Assembly (NCBI GenBank): GCA_002282015.1
Contig: NCIJ01000005.1
Span: 598-64,597 of the forward strand
From: Sulfuricurvum sp. 17-40-25
GTDB taxonomy: Bacteria > Campylobacterota > Campylobacteria > Campylobacterales > Sulfurimonadaceae
Length of the DNA: 64,000 bases
Reading direction: 5' to 3'
Shown here one piece after another: positions 25,288 to 34,898 of the stretch (its first letter is position 1; every line of letters begins with the position of its first letter). The position numbers were made by a program, and so were the translations under genes. The notes below the pieces were generated by a model that saw only the letters and a program-made list of their open reading frames with translations, had not been told where the DNA came from and did no database searches.

Positions 25288-28211
25288 ACTTTCCCCTCCA
25301 CAATTCTAATCTCATCCGCACTCAAACCATAAAGCGCATACACCATCCCATCGATCTCTTTTTCGCACTCGACTACTCTAGCCTCTAGTTTTTCCGTCGC
25401 CTCTTTTATCTCGATTTTATCAATCGCACTTAGGCTATCGAAGTGTTTTTTGTATTTTTTGAGTGTTTCTTTGGCATTTAAAATTTCATCCACAAAATTT
25501 ATAAACTGTGTTTCATCATCTGCCGATGACCTTTTAATAGGTAAGATTTGCAAATGCCCTCGTTTAACTTGTGCTAATGCTTTTCCCTCTTCAGGGTTGA
25601 TAATATTTCTATAAAACCATGTTAATAGTTTCGAGTTTATAAGGGCTAAAAGGTATTTTAAATTTATATTTTTTTCATCATTTCTTATAACATATAAGTT
25701 ATCCCTTGCAATAAACTGCTGATTATCATATGTAGCAATTAATGAGTCAGAAGTTTGTCGAATTACTAATTTTTCATCACAATCAAATTTAGCTGACAAT
25801 CTCGGTTCAGCCAACCATTCCCCATAACTAATCCAATAGTTATTGCTCCAATGGATTGAATAACGCTCCATTAAACTACCTCTTAATAACGGCAAAAATG
25901 TATCATCATTTTTTATTTCTGATACAAAAGGTTTTTTTTCTAAAATTTCTTTTGTTTGTTTTGGAACACCTTTATTAACCTGAAAAGGTTTTGTTCCTTG
26001 AACGATTTGTGTAATCTCACCTAATGGAGTCGAATCTAACATTTTTGCTTTTATAATTTGTAGTTCCATTGTCTCATAGATGTTAATCGGCTCTCCATTC
26101 TTTTGCCATATCTCTTGATTCACAATATGACTTTTTTCAGAGATTTTATTTTTTATTTTGATAGTGATTTGGTTGTTTAATGGTTCAGTCGTTTTGAAAA
26201 AATATGTATCTGCTTCTACAGTTGCATCCTCAAATACAAAGTAATCATAATGTGTAATTTCTGGAATTGTTACTTTATAGGTAATAAAATTTCTTATTTT
26301 TTTAGCAAATAATGATGACATCCATGTGTTAGGCATAATAAAACCAATTAAAGAATCTGGTTTTAAAAGGTCAATAGATTTTTCAATAAAAAGCAAATAT
26401 GTATCAAGCTGATATTCAACAGTTTTAAAACGCTCATAGAAATATTTTTTATGTTTTTCGCTGAGTTGTGCGCCATAAGGCGGGTTCCCAATAACAACAT
26501 CGAAACCACCTTGTGCAAAAACTTCGGGAAATTCATCTTCCCATACAAACGCATTTTCAGCAACGCTACGATCTGATATAAGACTATTTCCACATTTTAT
26601 TTTAGCACCTAAATTGATAAGCTCTCGCCCCTTATGAGCAGTTCGTAGCCATAAACTAAGCTTCGCAATCTCCACTGCATCCTCGTTTATATCCACACCG
26701 TAGAGGTTATGTTCGAGGATACTTTTTTCGACTTCGTATCCGATCATCAAATCCTCATACGGCAACAGTAAATCCCGTATGAGGGTATGCTCACGGATGA
26801 GAAACTCTAGCGCTTGGTTAAGAAACGCACCGCTTCCGCAAGCAGGGTCTAGGATTTTGAGATGGGTTAGCCATTCTCTGTAGTTTAACAATATTTCTTT
26901 GTAGCTCTGCTCTTGCTTCGTGAGTTTACGAGGATTGACAACCACCGTTTCGGACTCGATTTTCAGCTCTGTTTTTTTGTCACTACACAATTTGCCTAGG
27001 GTGTTTTCGACGATGTAACGTGTAATATATTCAGGAGTATAAAATACTCCATCTTTTTTACGCTTGGATTTTTTCTTGTCAAACTCTGTATCGTTGATTG
27101 AGGCGTTCATCTCTTCGAGGTCAGTAAGCGACTGCTCGAAAATATGTCCCAAAATGTTGACACTAATATCACTTTCAAAATCAAAGTCTGAGAGTTTTTG
27201 TGCTTCCATGTCGAGGTAGCTATCATCTATTTTAAGAGAGTCAAGCATCTCGTCGGTGGCGAACAATCCACCATTATATTTCGGAATGCCGAGTTTGTCG
27301 TTTCCCGTGTTGATAGCGTTAAAATAGAGCTTGTAGTAATCGTACATACTGCGGTCACCAAAACCATCTTGTTGGTGGCGTGAGCGTATCTCTTTGACGG
27401 TATTTGCTTTTAATAAATTTCGATCTTCGGCAAAGAGGATAAAGATGATTCGGTCGCAGAGTTTTTGGGTGAGGCGCAGGAGGGTTTGTTTGTCTAACTC
27501 CGTTCGCCCTGAGCCTGTCGAAGGGTGTTGTGGTTCGACAAGCTTACCACGAACGGAAGTTTCGGCAGAGTAATTGTTCTTGATAATATTCTCAAAAAGA
27601 TGTGATCTAAATTGGCTAAAGTCACGATAGAGTTCTTTTGAAATTGTTTGCTCAAAACTTGCCGATTTCTCTTTGAGTTTGAGGGGGATATCCTCTTTTA
27701 GACTCTCAAAGCAAATGAGTACGTGAAGCTTTTTAAATTCGTCATACGTGAGGGTAAAAAGATTGAACTTTTCATAGGCTGTTTTTTTATCGATGTAAAA
27801 GCGCAGTTCATTGAAGTTGGAAATAATAATGTATTTGGAATTGGAGTGAGAGGCGTGATAGTTAAAAGCTTGACCCTCAACCACATCAAGATTTTTGGTC
27901 TTTTGATCTTTTAGCTCGACTATCCCGATAATCTCACCGTTAACATAAATAACGCCGTCGGCTTTTTTGCCATCAGTTTCATTTTTCTTTTCCCGTTCCA
28001 AATTATAATCATCTGGGTTGGTGGTTTTGAGGGTATAGCCTAAGCAGGATTCAAAAATATCTTTAAAAAATCCGTCTTGATACACCTCTTCTTTAAAGCC
28101 TTTGATCGCTTCAACTTTGGCTAAATAGCTTTGATATTTTGCCCATCGCTGTGCGATGAGGCTTTCATCTTGTTTGACTGAATTTAAAACAGATTTTTGA
28201 AAAATTGACAA
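25284..28211 (-). CDS. Type IIG/IIL single-polypeptide restriction-modification enzyme (MmeI/Eco57I-like: nuclease + N6-adenine methyltransferase + TRD)
   Basis: N-terminal D85..E99-x-K101 block (ADGVIYV..GIVELKDQK). MTase motifs GVFYTPEYI, ILDPACGSGAFL and VVIGNPPYG. Long C-terminal specificity region ending in a YGLSADEIRIVE tail. TTG start with an AAGG RBS. Confidence 0.82.
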   Translation of the reverse strand: MSIFQKSVLNSVKQDESLIAQRWAKYQSYLAKVEAIKGFKEEVYQDGFFKDIFESCLGYTLKTTNPDDYNLEREKKNETDGKKADGVIYVNGEIIGIVELKDQKTKNLDVVEGQAFNYHASHSNSKYIIISNFNELRFYIDKKTAYEKFNLFTLTYDEFKKLHVLICFESLKEDIPLKLKEKSASFEQTISKELYRDFSQFRSHLFENIIKNNYSAETSVRGKLVEPQHPSTGSGRTELDKQTLLRLTQKLCDRIIFILFAEDRNLLKANTVKEIRSRHQQDGFGDRSMYDYYKLYFNAINTGNDKLGIPKYNGGLFATDEMLDSLKIDDSYLDMEAQKLSDFDFESDISVNILGHIFEQSLTDLEEMNASINDTEFDKKKSKRKKDGVFYTPEYITRYIVENTLGKLCSDKKTELKIESETVVVNPRKLTKQEQSYKEILLNYREWLTHLKILDPACGSGAFLNQALEFLIREHTLIRDLLLPYEDLMIGYEVEKSILEHNLYGVDINEDAVEIAKLSLWLRTAHKGRELINLGAKIKCGNSLISDRSVAENAFVWEDEFPEVFAQGGFDVVIGNPPYGAQLSEKHKKYFYERFKTVEYQLDTYLLFIEKSIDLLKPDSLIGFIMPNTWMSSLFAKKIRNFITYKVTIPEITHYDYFVFEDATVEADTYFFKTTEPLNNQITIKIKNKISEKSHIVNQEIWQKNGEPINIYETMELQIIKAKMLDSTPLGEITQIVQGTKPFQVNKGVPKQTKEILEKKPFVSEIKNDDTFLPLLRGSLMERYSIHWSNNYWISYGEWLAEPRLSAKFDCDEKLVIRQTSDSLIATYDNQQFIARDNLYVIRNDEKNINLKYLLALINSKLLTWFYRNIINPEEGKALAQVKRGHLQILPIKRSSADDETQFINFVDEILNAKETLKKYKKHFDSLSAIDKIEIKEATEKLEARVVECEKEIDGMVYALYGLSADEIRIVEGKV
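27495..27557 (-). repeat. GC-rich nested palindromic element inserted in-frame in the type IIG gene
   Basis: Coding strand reads TCCGTTCGTGGTAAGCTTGTCGAACCACAACACCCTTCGACAGGCTCAGGGCGAACGGAG. Outer stem CCGTTCG/CGAACGG, inner stem GTCGAA/TTCGAC. Encodes SVRGKLVEPQHPSTGSGRTE. Confidence 0.6.
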
Positions 28212-28285
28212 GTGAAAACCTTACAGTAAATTAGAATAATTATAGCGAAAATTTATAAGTGCTATTTTCATGTGACCACAGAGCA

Positions 28286-29440
28286 CTATAGCTTACCCAT
28301 CCTCTTTAAAAATGCTTCGGCTACACTGAAGGAACCAAAAACGAGATATTCTTTCTGGGGATCTATGGATTCAAATGTTCCATAGGTAAGCCCAAGCTCT
28401 ACTAAAACTGCTTCCAACAAAGGGCGCTCAACAATACGCTCCTCATCTACCGTGATAATCTCTACACAATCAATGATCGGAGCCAAAAGACTCAAAATCT
28501 CACGGTAGTCTTTATCCCCATAGCTGTTGTAGATCAGGCTTATTTTTTTACCTTGAAAAGCTGCTGCAATCGCGCTTGCGGCAAGAGCGTTATGTCCGAC
28601 ATCCAAAGTCACGTTGTGCGCAACTTTACTCAGTCGTCCAAAAAGGGCTTTTTGATCAAAATATACTTCTTGAGCCTTGTACCCTAGTAACTCAAACGCC
28701 ACCATAGCCAGTTCACAATTATCCCGTAAATACTCGCTCAATCCGTTTTTTAGGGCAAGTTGCAATCCCCTCGTGCGAATACGCGAATCTATAGATTCCT
28801 GAAGCGTTTGCAATCGGCACTGTTTACTCACTGCAATCTCATGTGCTATACTCTGAACCTCATCGTATTTTTGTATCCCCAACAGCGCATTGGTTTGCAT
28901 ACTGCGCAATTTTGTACTCGCTATTGATTCAATGGTTGATCCTAAAAAAGCGGCATGATCAAAAGCAATCGGGGTGAAGATGCTGAGCACTTTATCAAAC
29001 ACATTCGTCGCATCAAATTCACCGCCAAGCCCGGCTTCCAAGACCACATACTCACACGACTCAAAAGCTACCATCGCCAGCAGCGTTGTGTACTCAAAAT
29101 AGCTCAAAGACTCAGCCGTAGAAGTGTCTAAAAATTTTCCTAGCTTTTGATAGGCATCATTCAATGTAGCATCACTGACATCCTCACCATCGATCCATAT
29201 ACGTTCATTGAATTGGAGAATATGAGGAGACGTATAATGCCCCGTTTTTTTACCAGCACGACTCAAAGCCGTGGCTAAAAATCGCCCCGTACTTCCTTTG
29301 CCATTCGTTCCGACAATATGGATGATTTTGGGGAGATGCAGAAAGTGAGCAATTTTTGCATAGGCTTTTGGGAACCGATCATAATCAATAACATCGTAAA
29401 AGAGTGGTTTAGCGGCTAAAAATGATTCGAGATCCATCAT
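28286..29440 (-). CDS. folC: Folylpolyglutamate synthase/dihydrofolate synthase
   Basis: HIVGTNGKGSTGRF P-loop and the Mur-ligase-type layout. Confidence 0.88.
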   Translation of the reverse strand: MMDLESFLAAKPLFYDVIDYDRFPKAYAKIAHFLHLPKIIHIVGTNGKGSTGRFLATALSRAGKKTGHYTSPHILQFNERIWIDGEDVSDATLNDAYQKLGKFLDTSTAESLSYFEYTTLLAMVAFESCEYVVLEAGLGGEFDATNVFDKVLSIFTPIAFDHAAFLGSTIESIASTKLRSMQTNALLGIQKYDEVQSIAHEIAVSKQCRLQTLQESIDSRIRTRGLQLALKNGLSEYLRDNCELAMVAFELLGYKAQEVYFDQKALFGRLSKVAHNVTLDVGHNALAASAIAAAFQGKKISLIYNSYGDKDYREILSLLAPIIDCVEIITVDEERIVERPLLEAVLVELGLTYGTFESIDPQKEYLVFGSFSVAEAFLKRMGKL

Positions 29441-30969
29441 GCCTCTACGCGGTTGCGCCCTTTGTGCTTGGCATCATACAAACGCTCATCCGCACCTACT
29501 TTAAGAGTATCCAATGATGGATAATCCTTACGCTGTGCAATCCCAATGCTGACCGTAACCGTAATACGTTGTCCTTGGTACATAAAATGAGCTTCTTCCA
29601 CATGCCCGCGTACCTTTTGCGCAAATGTTTGTGCCCCTGAAAGATCCGTGTCCCCCAGTATTGCTAAAAACTCTTCTCCCCCAAAACGTCCTACTGTATC
29701 ATTAACACGGGCTTCATCTTTAAGAATTTGGGCAAATGCTTTGAGAACTGCATCTCCGGCTTCGTGTCCATAGGTGTCATTGACAGATTTAAAAAAGTCC
29801 AAATCAAGCATAGCGATACAGTAATTACGGCCATACCGCTCATATTCTGCTTCTTTGACCTCTATGACTTCTTGGAGGGCGCGTTTGTTAAGCAGTTTTG
29901 TTAAAAAATCTTCCCTAGACGCTTGTGTCGCAGTTTCCAGTTGGGATTCAAGCACCGCAATTTTTTGACCCATTTCATTGACCTTCGTATTATGCGAGCG
30001 TAAATCAATACTTAATATTTCGACTTTTTCTTCCAACGCCGTCGCAATCGCGTACAATCGCTTATGCGCTGTTTTAAAATCTTTGGGCTTATCGGAATCA
30101 AGCGCCTCAAGGTCTCGCTTGACATCCCGTATTTCAGTCGTTGAGTTTTCACTGCGCTCTATAAGATCAATCAACTGTACGGAGAGTTTCCCCAACAATT
30201 CATCCAATCCTTTTACCATCTCTTCAACGCTTTGTTTATCCAGTGCGATACGCATGGCAATTGCTGCCCTAATCTCTTTTTCAAACACATCACGGGAAAT
30301 ATAATCAGGATTCTCTTGCAGTTTTTGGGTCAAGAGCGCTGTCTTATCGTCTATTGCAGGAGCAATGGAGGGTGAAAGTCCCATTACCAGCAACTGTGCT
30401 ACGCGAGTAAGGTCGTTTTTTTGCGGTGCAGAAGAATCAATACGCAAACTCTCAATGGTTTTTTTTAAATTATGGGAATCGACTTTTCCATAATCCGATA
30501 ACTTTTCTAAAAAACTATCATCGTACATTTCAAGAAAGTTTTCCCAGGCTTGCTTCAGAAGCTCAATCTGGGTTTTTCCCCCTTGAGTCTCAATCATACT
30601 GATTGTTTTCTTAGCTAAAGCAGTAGCATTATGATTATGTAAAGTAGTGATACTCATAGCCATTACTTTTGTCAAAGCGCTTAACGCTTCAACCAATATG
30701 GATGCTTCACTCGGATTTAAACGACTCATTTTAGAGATCAAAAATCGTACCAATTCAGCGGTTGTTTTGACACGATATTGTTTCACTTCATCCTGTGTCT
30801 TTTTATCCATCAATGGGGTATAACGGTCAATCCCCTGACAGTCTTCTACCTTAACACCTGCTTTTTTAGCTTCAATACAAAATGCTTCAGCATAAAGATC
30901 AGGACTCCACGCTTTCCCCTCTGCCTTTAAACGCTCAACGGTATTACGTACAATTTGATTAATCGTCAT
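29437..30969 (-). CDS. Diguanylate cyclase (GGDEF) with a long N-terminal coiled-coil/helical region
   Basis: C-terminal DLDFFKSVNDTYGHEAGD and RFGGEEFLAIL (GGEEF active site). Confidence 0.88.
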   Translation of the reverse strand: MTINQIVRNTVERLKAEGKAWSPDLYAEAFCIEAKKAGVKVEDCQGIDRYTPLMDKKTQDEVKQYRVKTTAELVRFLISKMSRLNPSEASILVEALSALTKVMAMSITTLHNHNATALAKKTISMIETQGGKTQIELLKQAWENFLEMYDDSFLEKLSDYGKVDSHNLKKTIESLRIDSSAPQKNDLTRVAQLLVMGLSPSIAPAIDDKTALLTQKLQENPDYISRDVFEKEIRAAIAMRIALDKQSVEEMVKGLDELLGKLSVQLIDLIERSENSTTEIRDVKRDLEALDSDKPKDFKTAHKRLYAIATALEEKVEILSIDLRSHNTKVNEMGQKIAVLESQLETATQASREDFLTKLLNKRALQEVIEVKEAEYERYGRNYCIAMLDLDFFKSVNDTYGHEAGDAVLKAFAQILKDEARVNDTVGRFGGEEFLAILGDTDLSGAQTFAQKVRGHVEEAHFMYQGQRITVTVSIGIAQRKDYPSLDTLKVGADERLYDAKHKGRNRVEA

Positions 30970-30972
30970 AAC

Positions 30973-31482
30973 TTATTCCTTAGGTGGGTTCGAACCTTCT
31001 GCCGCAATTTGTGCAACAAAAGCATCAATGGCTTTTTGCGCACCTATAGTGATGGCATTAAAACGTGCTCTATCTGAGATAATCGCATTGGGTTCAATGT
31101 CAAAGTCATACATACCCGAGGTATTATACCCATGTACTTTGTCCGATGTAATACGATCAATATGCATACTTACCGTAGTACGATAGGTTGTCACATACCC
31201 GTTAGTGTCATAACGTATCGGCGAAAAGCCAACCGATGAAATTTGTACTTTAAGATGGGTTTGTGACGCATTTTTCGAGGTTAAGGAAGTACGAAATTTG
31301 GTAATAATCGCTGTGTCTACAGCATCTTTGATAATAACGGTATTTTGCGGGTCTTCCATAGAGATCAGTACTTCCGTACTCACGCTCTCTCCAACAACCG
31401 ACTGTGTATAATGAGCGGCACTCACATATCCACACCCCGTGAACACCATAACCGCGATTATACACCCTGCCAAAATACGCAT
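30973..31482 (-). CDS. lptE: LPS-assembly lipoprotein LptE-like
   Basis: Lipobox VFTGCGY; about 170 aa. Lies immediately downstream of leuS, which is the conserved leuS-lptE arrangement. Confidence 0.65.
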   Translation of the reverse strand: MRILAGCIIAVMVFTGCGYVSAAHYTQSVVGESVSTEVLISMEDPQNTVIIKDAVDTAIITKFRTSLTSKNASQTHLKVQISSVGFSPIRYDTNGYVTTYRTTVSMHIDRITSDKVHGYNTSGMYDFDIEPNAIISDRARFNAITIGAQKAIDAFVAQIAAEGSNPPKE

Positions 31483-31484
31483 AT

Positions 31485-33953
31485 TTATCCTTTTATGACC
31501 AGATTGACCAGCTTACCTGGGATCACGATTGCTTTGACAATCTCTTTTCCCTCTATCCATTTTTCCACGGATGCTTTGGCAATTTCGATAATTGTCTCTT
31601 CGGACTCTTGAACACCTACTTCGATCGTGGCGCGGTTCTTACCGTTTACCGATACTCCCAATGTAAGCGCTTCGACTTCAAAGACCTCTTCGCATACTTT
31701 TTGAACGCCTAAATTTTTCCCACCAAAAAGAGCGTGAGACAGTTCCCAACATATATGGGGGACAATCGGCTCTAAAATCGAGGTTAAAACCCAATACCCT
31801 TCTGTCCATACTTTAGGATTATTTTGTTCATTCAAAGCGTTCATAGCTTCCATGACACCTGCGATCATCGTATTGAAAGTATAACGCTCATTGTACACTT
31901 CGTTTGCACGATTCAATGCTTCATAGACTTTTTTACGTGCTGCTTTTTCTTCTTTGCTAAGCGTTGAATGATCAATTTTTGGCAAGGTTGCTGTTTTTTG
32001 GGCAAATTGACTTCGATCCGCAAAACGTTTCAAAAACCGATACGCACCCTCAACCGCACTGTCATTCCATTCCAGCTCTTGTGTCGGAGGAGCCGCAAAC
32101 AATATAAACAAACGCGCCGTATCTGCACCGTATTTTTCGATTATGGCGTCAGGATCGACCGTATTTCCTTTGGATTTGGACATTTTTGCCCCATCTTTTA
32201 AGACCATCCCTTGTGTTAACAGCTTATCAAACGGCTCATCAAACTCTACATACCCTAGATCTCTAAAGACTTTAGTAAAGAAACGGGCATACAATAGATG
32301 CAAAATAGCGTGTTCGATCCCACCTATGTAGTGATCGACACCTTCATGCCCTTTAGGGTGCATCCAATATTTGATTTGTTCGGCTGAAAATGCTTCTTTT
32401 TCCCAATTTGCAGGCGATGCACAAAAACGTAAGAAATACCAACTTGATTCGACGAACGTATCCATCGTATCCGTTTCACGAATCGCATCTTTTCCACAGA
32501 CAGGACATTTACAATGCTTCCACGTTGGGTGTTTTTCGAGTGGATTTCCCTCTCCTGTGATCTCCACATCATGAGGAAGTGCAATAGGAAGATTCTCTTT
32601 TTTCTCCATCACCAAGCCACAATCATCACAATGGACAAAAGGAATTGGTGCACCCCAATAGCGCTGACGCGATACGCCCCAGTCCTTGAGTTTATAATTG
32701 GTCGTCTTTTGCCCTAGTTTAGCACTTTCAAAATGGTCAATGACTTTACTTTGGGCCTCTTTGGAATTGATACCGTCAAACTTTCCTGAATTAAACAGCA
32801 CTCCCACTTCTGTGTATGCTTTAGTTAAATCCAATTCACCATCCGCGGGTTTTATAACCGCATGAATCGGTAAACTATACTTCTTTGCAAAATCAAAATC
32901 ACGATCATCATGTGCGGGTACAGCCATAACTGCACCACTGCCGTAATCCATCAATACAAAATTAGCGATCCATACAGGGATTTTTTCATTCGTTAGCGGA
33001 TGAATAACATTGAGCCCTAGAGATACACCACTTTTTTCTTTTTGGCGATCGATCGATGAACTGTTTTTCATCTCTTTAATTTGAGTAATAACCGCAGCGT
33101 CCAACAAAGCATTGTCGATCATGTACGTCACGATAGGATGTTCAGGTGCCAATGCAGTATAGGACACACCATAAATGGTATCAGGGCGTGTAGTAAAGAC
33201 ATCAAAAGAGTCAAAATTCGACCCAAGATTTGCTTTACTCTCTTCATCAAAAAATAGATTAAACGCTAAACCATTGGATTTTCCAATCCAGTTCTCTTGC
33301 ATGGTCAAAACCTGTTTAGGCCAACCGCCCTCGAGCTTATGTAAATCCTCTAACAGCTCGTCACCGTATTGGGTGATCTTGAAATAGTATTGGTTCATGT
33401 CTTTTTTGACGATAGGAGTATCGCATCTCCAACAACAGCCATCAACGACTTGCTCATTTGCCAGTACCGTCATATCATGCGGGCACCAGTTGAGCATCCC
33501 TTTTTTACGATAGAGAAGCCCTTTTTCATACATATCGATGATAAAGCCCTGCTCAAATTTCGTATACAGTTCATCGCTGGTTGCAAGCTCTCTATCTTTT
33601 GAAAAAGAAAAGCCCAAAGAGGCAAACTCTTTTTTCATGTAGTCGATATTGTCGTAGGTCCATCCCTTTGGATGGGAGCCATTTTTGATCGCCGCATTTT
33701 CAGCAGGCATACCAAAGCTGTCAAATCCGATCGGGTGTAAGACATTGAAACCTTGCTGACGGTAATAACGGGCAAACGTATCACTGAGCGTGTAGTTTCG
33801 TACATGTCCCATGTGCAGTCTTCCACTAGGGAACGGGAACATGCTCAAGATGTATTTTTTTTCTTTCGAAAAATCTTCACTTGGCTCAAAGCTTTTATGC
33901 TCTAGCCAAAATTTTTGCCATTTGGCTTCAATATCTTTGGAAACGTAATTCAA
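31485..33953 (-). CDS. leuS: Leucine--tRNA ligase
   Basis: HMGH ([11 protein letters not shown]) and KMSKS (AKMSKSKGN); 822 aa. Confidence 0.97.
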   Translation of the reverse strand: MNYVSKDIEAKWQKFWLEHKSFEPSEDFSKEKKYILSMFPFPSGRLHMGHVRNYTLSDTFARYYRQQGFNVLHPIGFDSFGMPAENAAIKNGSHPKGWTYDNIDYMKKEFASLGFSFSKDRELATSDELYTKFEQGFIIDMYEKGLLYRKKGMLNWCPHDMTVLANEQVVDGCCWRCDTPIVKKDMNQYYFKITQYGDELLEDLHKLEGGWPKQVLTMQENWIGKSNGLAFNLFFDEESKANLGSNFDSFDVFTTRPDTIYGVSYTALAPEHPIVTYMIDNALLDAAVITQIKEMKNSSSIDRQKEKSGVSLGLNVIHPLTNEKIPVWIANFVLMDYGSGAVMAVPAHDDRDFDFAKKYSLPIHAVIKPADGELDLTKAYTEVGVLFNSGKFDGINSKEAQSKVIDHFESAKLGQKTTNYKLKDWGVSRQRYWGAPIPFVHCDDCGLVMEKKENLPIALPHDVEITGEGNPLEKHPTWKHCKCPVCGKDAIRETDTMDTFVESSWYFLRFCASPANWEKEAFSAEQIKYWMHPKGHEGVDHYIGGIEHAILHLLYARFFTKVFRDLGYVEFDEPFDKLLTQGMVLKDGAKMSKSKGNTVDPDAIIEKYGADTARLFILFAAPPTQELEWNDSAVEGAYRFLKRFADRSQFAQKTATLPKIDHSTLSKEEKAARKKVYEALNRANEVYNERYTFNTMIAGVMEAMNALNEQNNPKVWTEGYWVLTSILEPIVPHICWELSHALFGGKNLGVQKVCEEVFEVEALTLGVSVNGKNRATIEVGVQESEETIIEIAKASVEKWIEGKEIVKAIVIPGKLVNLVIKG

Positions 33954-33965
33954 AAAAACTCCTGA

Positions 33966-34896
33966 TTAAACCATGCCCTGCTCAAATTGAGCACGCATTT
34001 TCTCTTTTTCCATTGTATTTCGCAATCGCTGTGCTTGTGCCGCTTTTGCTTTTGCCACATCGTAACCAAACCAGATCAAAAATGGAGATGCCACAAAGAT
34101 CGAACTGTATGCCCCAAAAATGATACCAATCAGCATCGCAAAGCTAAATCCGTGAATAATCTCTCCTCCGAACAAGAAAAGAGTCAAAATAACAAAGAAA
34201 ACCGTAGTAACCGTCAAAATAGTACGTGAAAGCGTATTGGTCACACTCTCATTTCGTCTCACGAATACGGTCAAAAATAACGATCGTATCATTGATTGAA
34301 AATCCTAGAATCGTCAACAAAGCGGCCAAGACGGTTAAGTCAAACTCAACTTCAAACAAACTCACCATCCCCGCAGTAATGACCACATCATGTGTCAGTG
34401 AGATAATAGCGGCAACCCCAAAACGCCATTCAAAACGAAATGCGACATAGAGTAAAATCCCTAAAACAGAGACCAAGAGAGCGATTGTCCCTTGTGTTTG
34501 CAATTCTTTCCCTACTTTTGGCCCTACAATATCAACACGTCGGATCTCAAAATTTCCAGTACCTTTAAGTGCTTGAGTAACACTAAGCGCTGTATCTTTT
34601 GTCACATCCGACGTAGAGTTTTGCAGACGTAAAACGATCTCTTCGGGTGAACCGAATTCCTGAATCCCTGCAGAAGAAAACTGTGTCGATGAAAGATGCT
34701 TACGAACTTGCTCGATTTGTACCGGTTTATCGTATTTTACCTGTACCACGGTACCGCCGGCAAAATCAATCCCGTATACAAACCCTTTTTGGAAAATCAA
34801 ATACAACGCAACAAGCGTGATTAAAAATGAAAACGTAAAAATGGGCTTTACCCATCCCATAAAATTAAATGCTTTTTGAGCTTTGAAAAACTCCAC
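33966..34896 (-). pseudogene. secF: Protein-export membrane protein SecF, split by a frameshift
   Basis: ORF 34249..34896 ends ..GFSINDTIVIFDRIRETK*. The +1 frame continues ..RRNESVTNTLSRTILTVTTVFFVILTLFLFGGEIIHGFSFAMLIG.. to 33966. Together they make a normal-length SecF. Confidence 0.85.
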
Positions 34897-34898
34897 GG

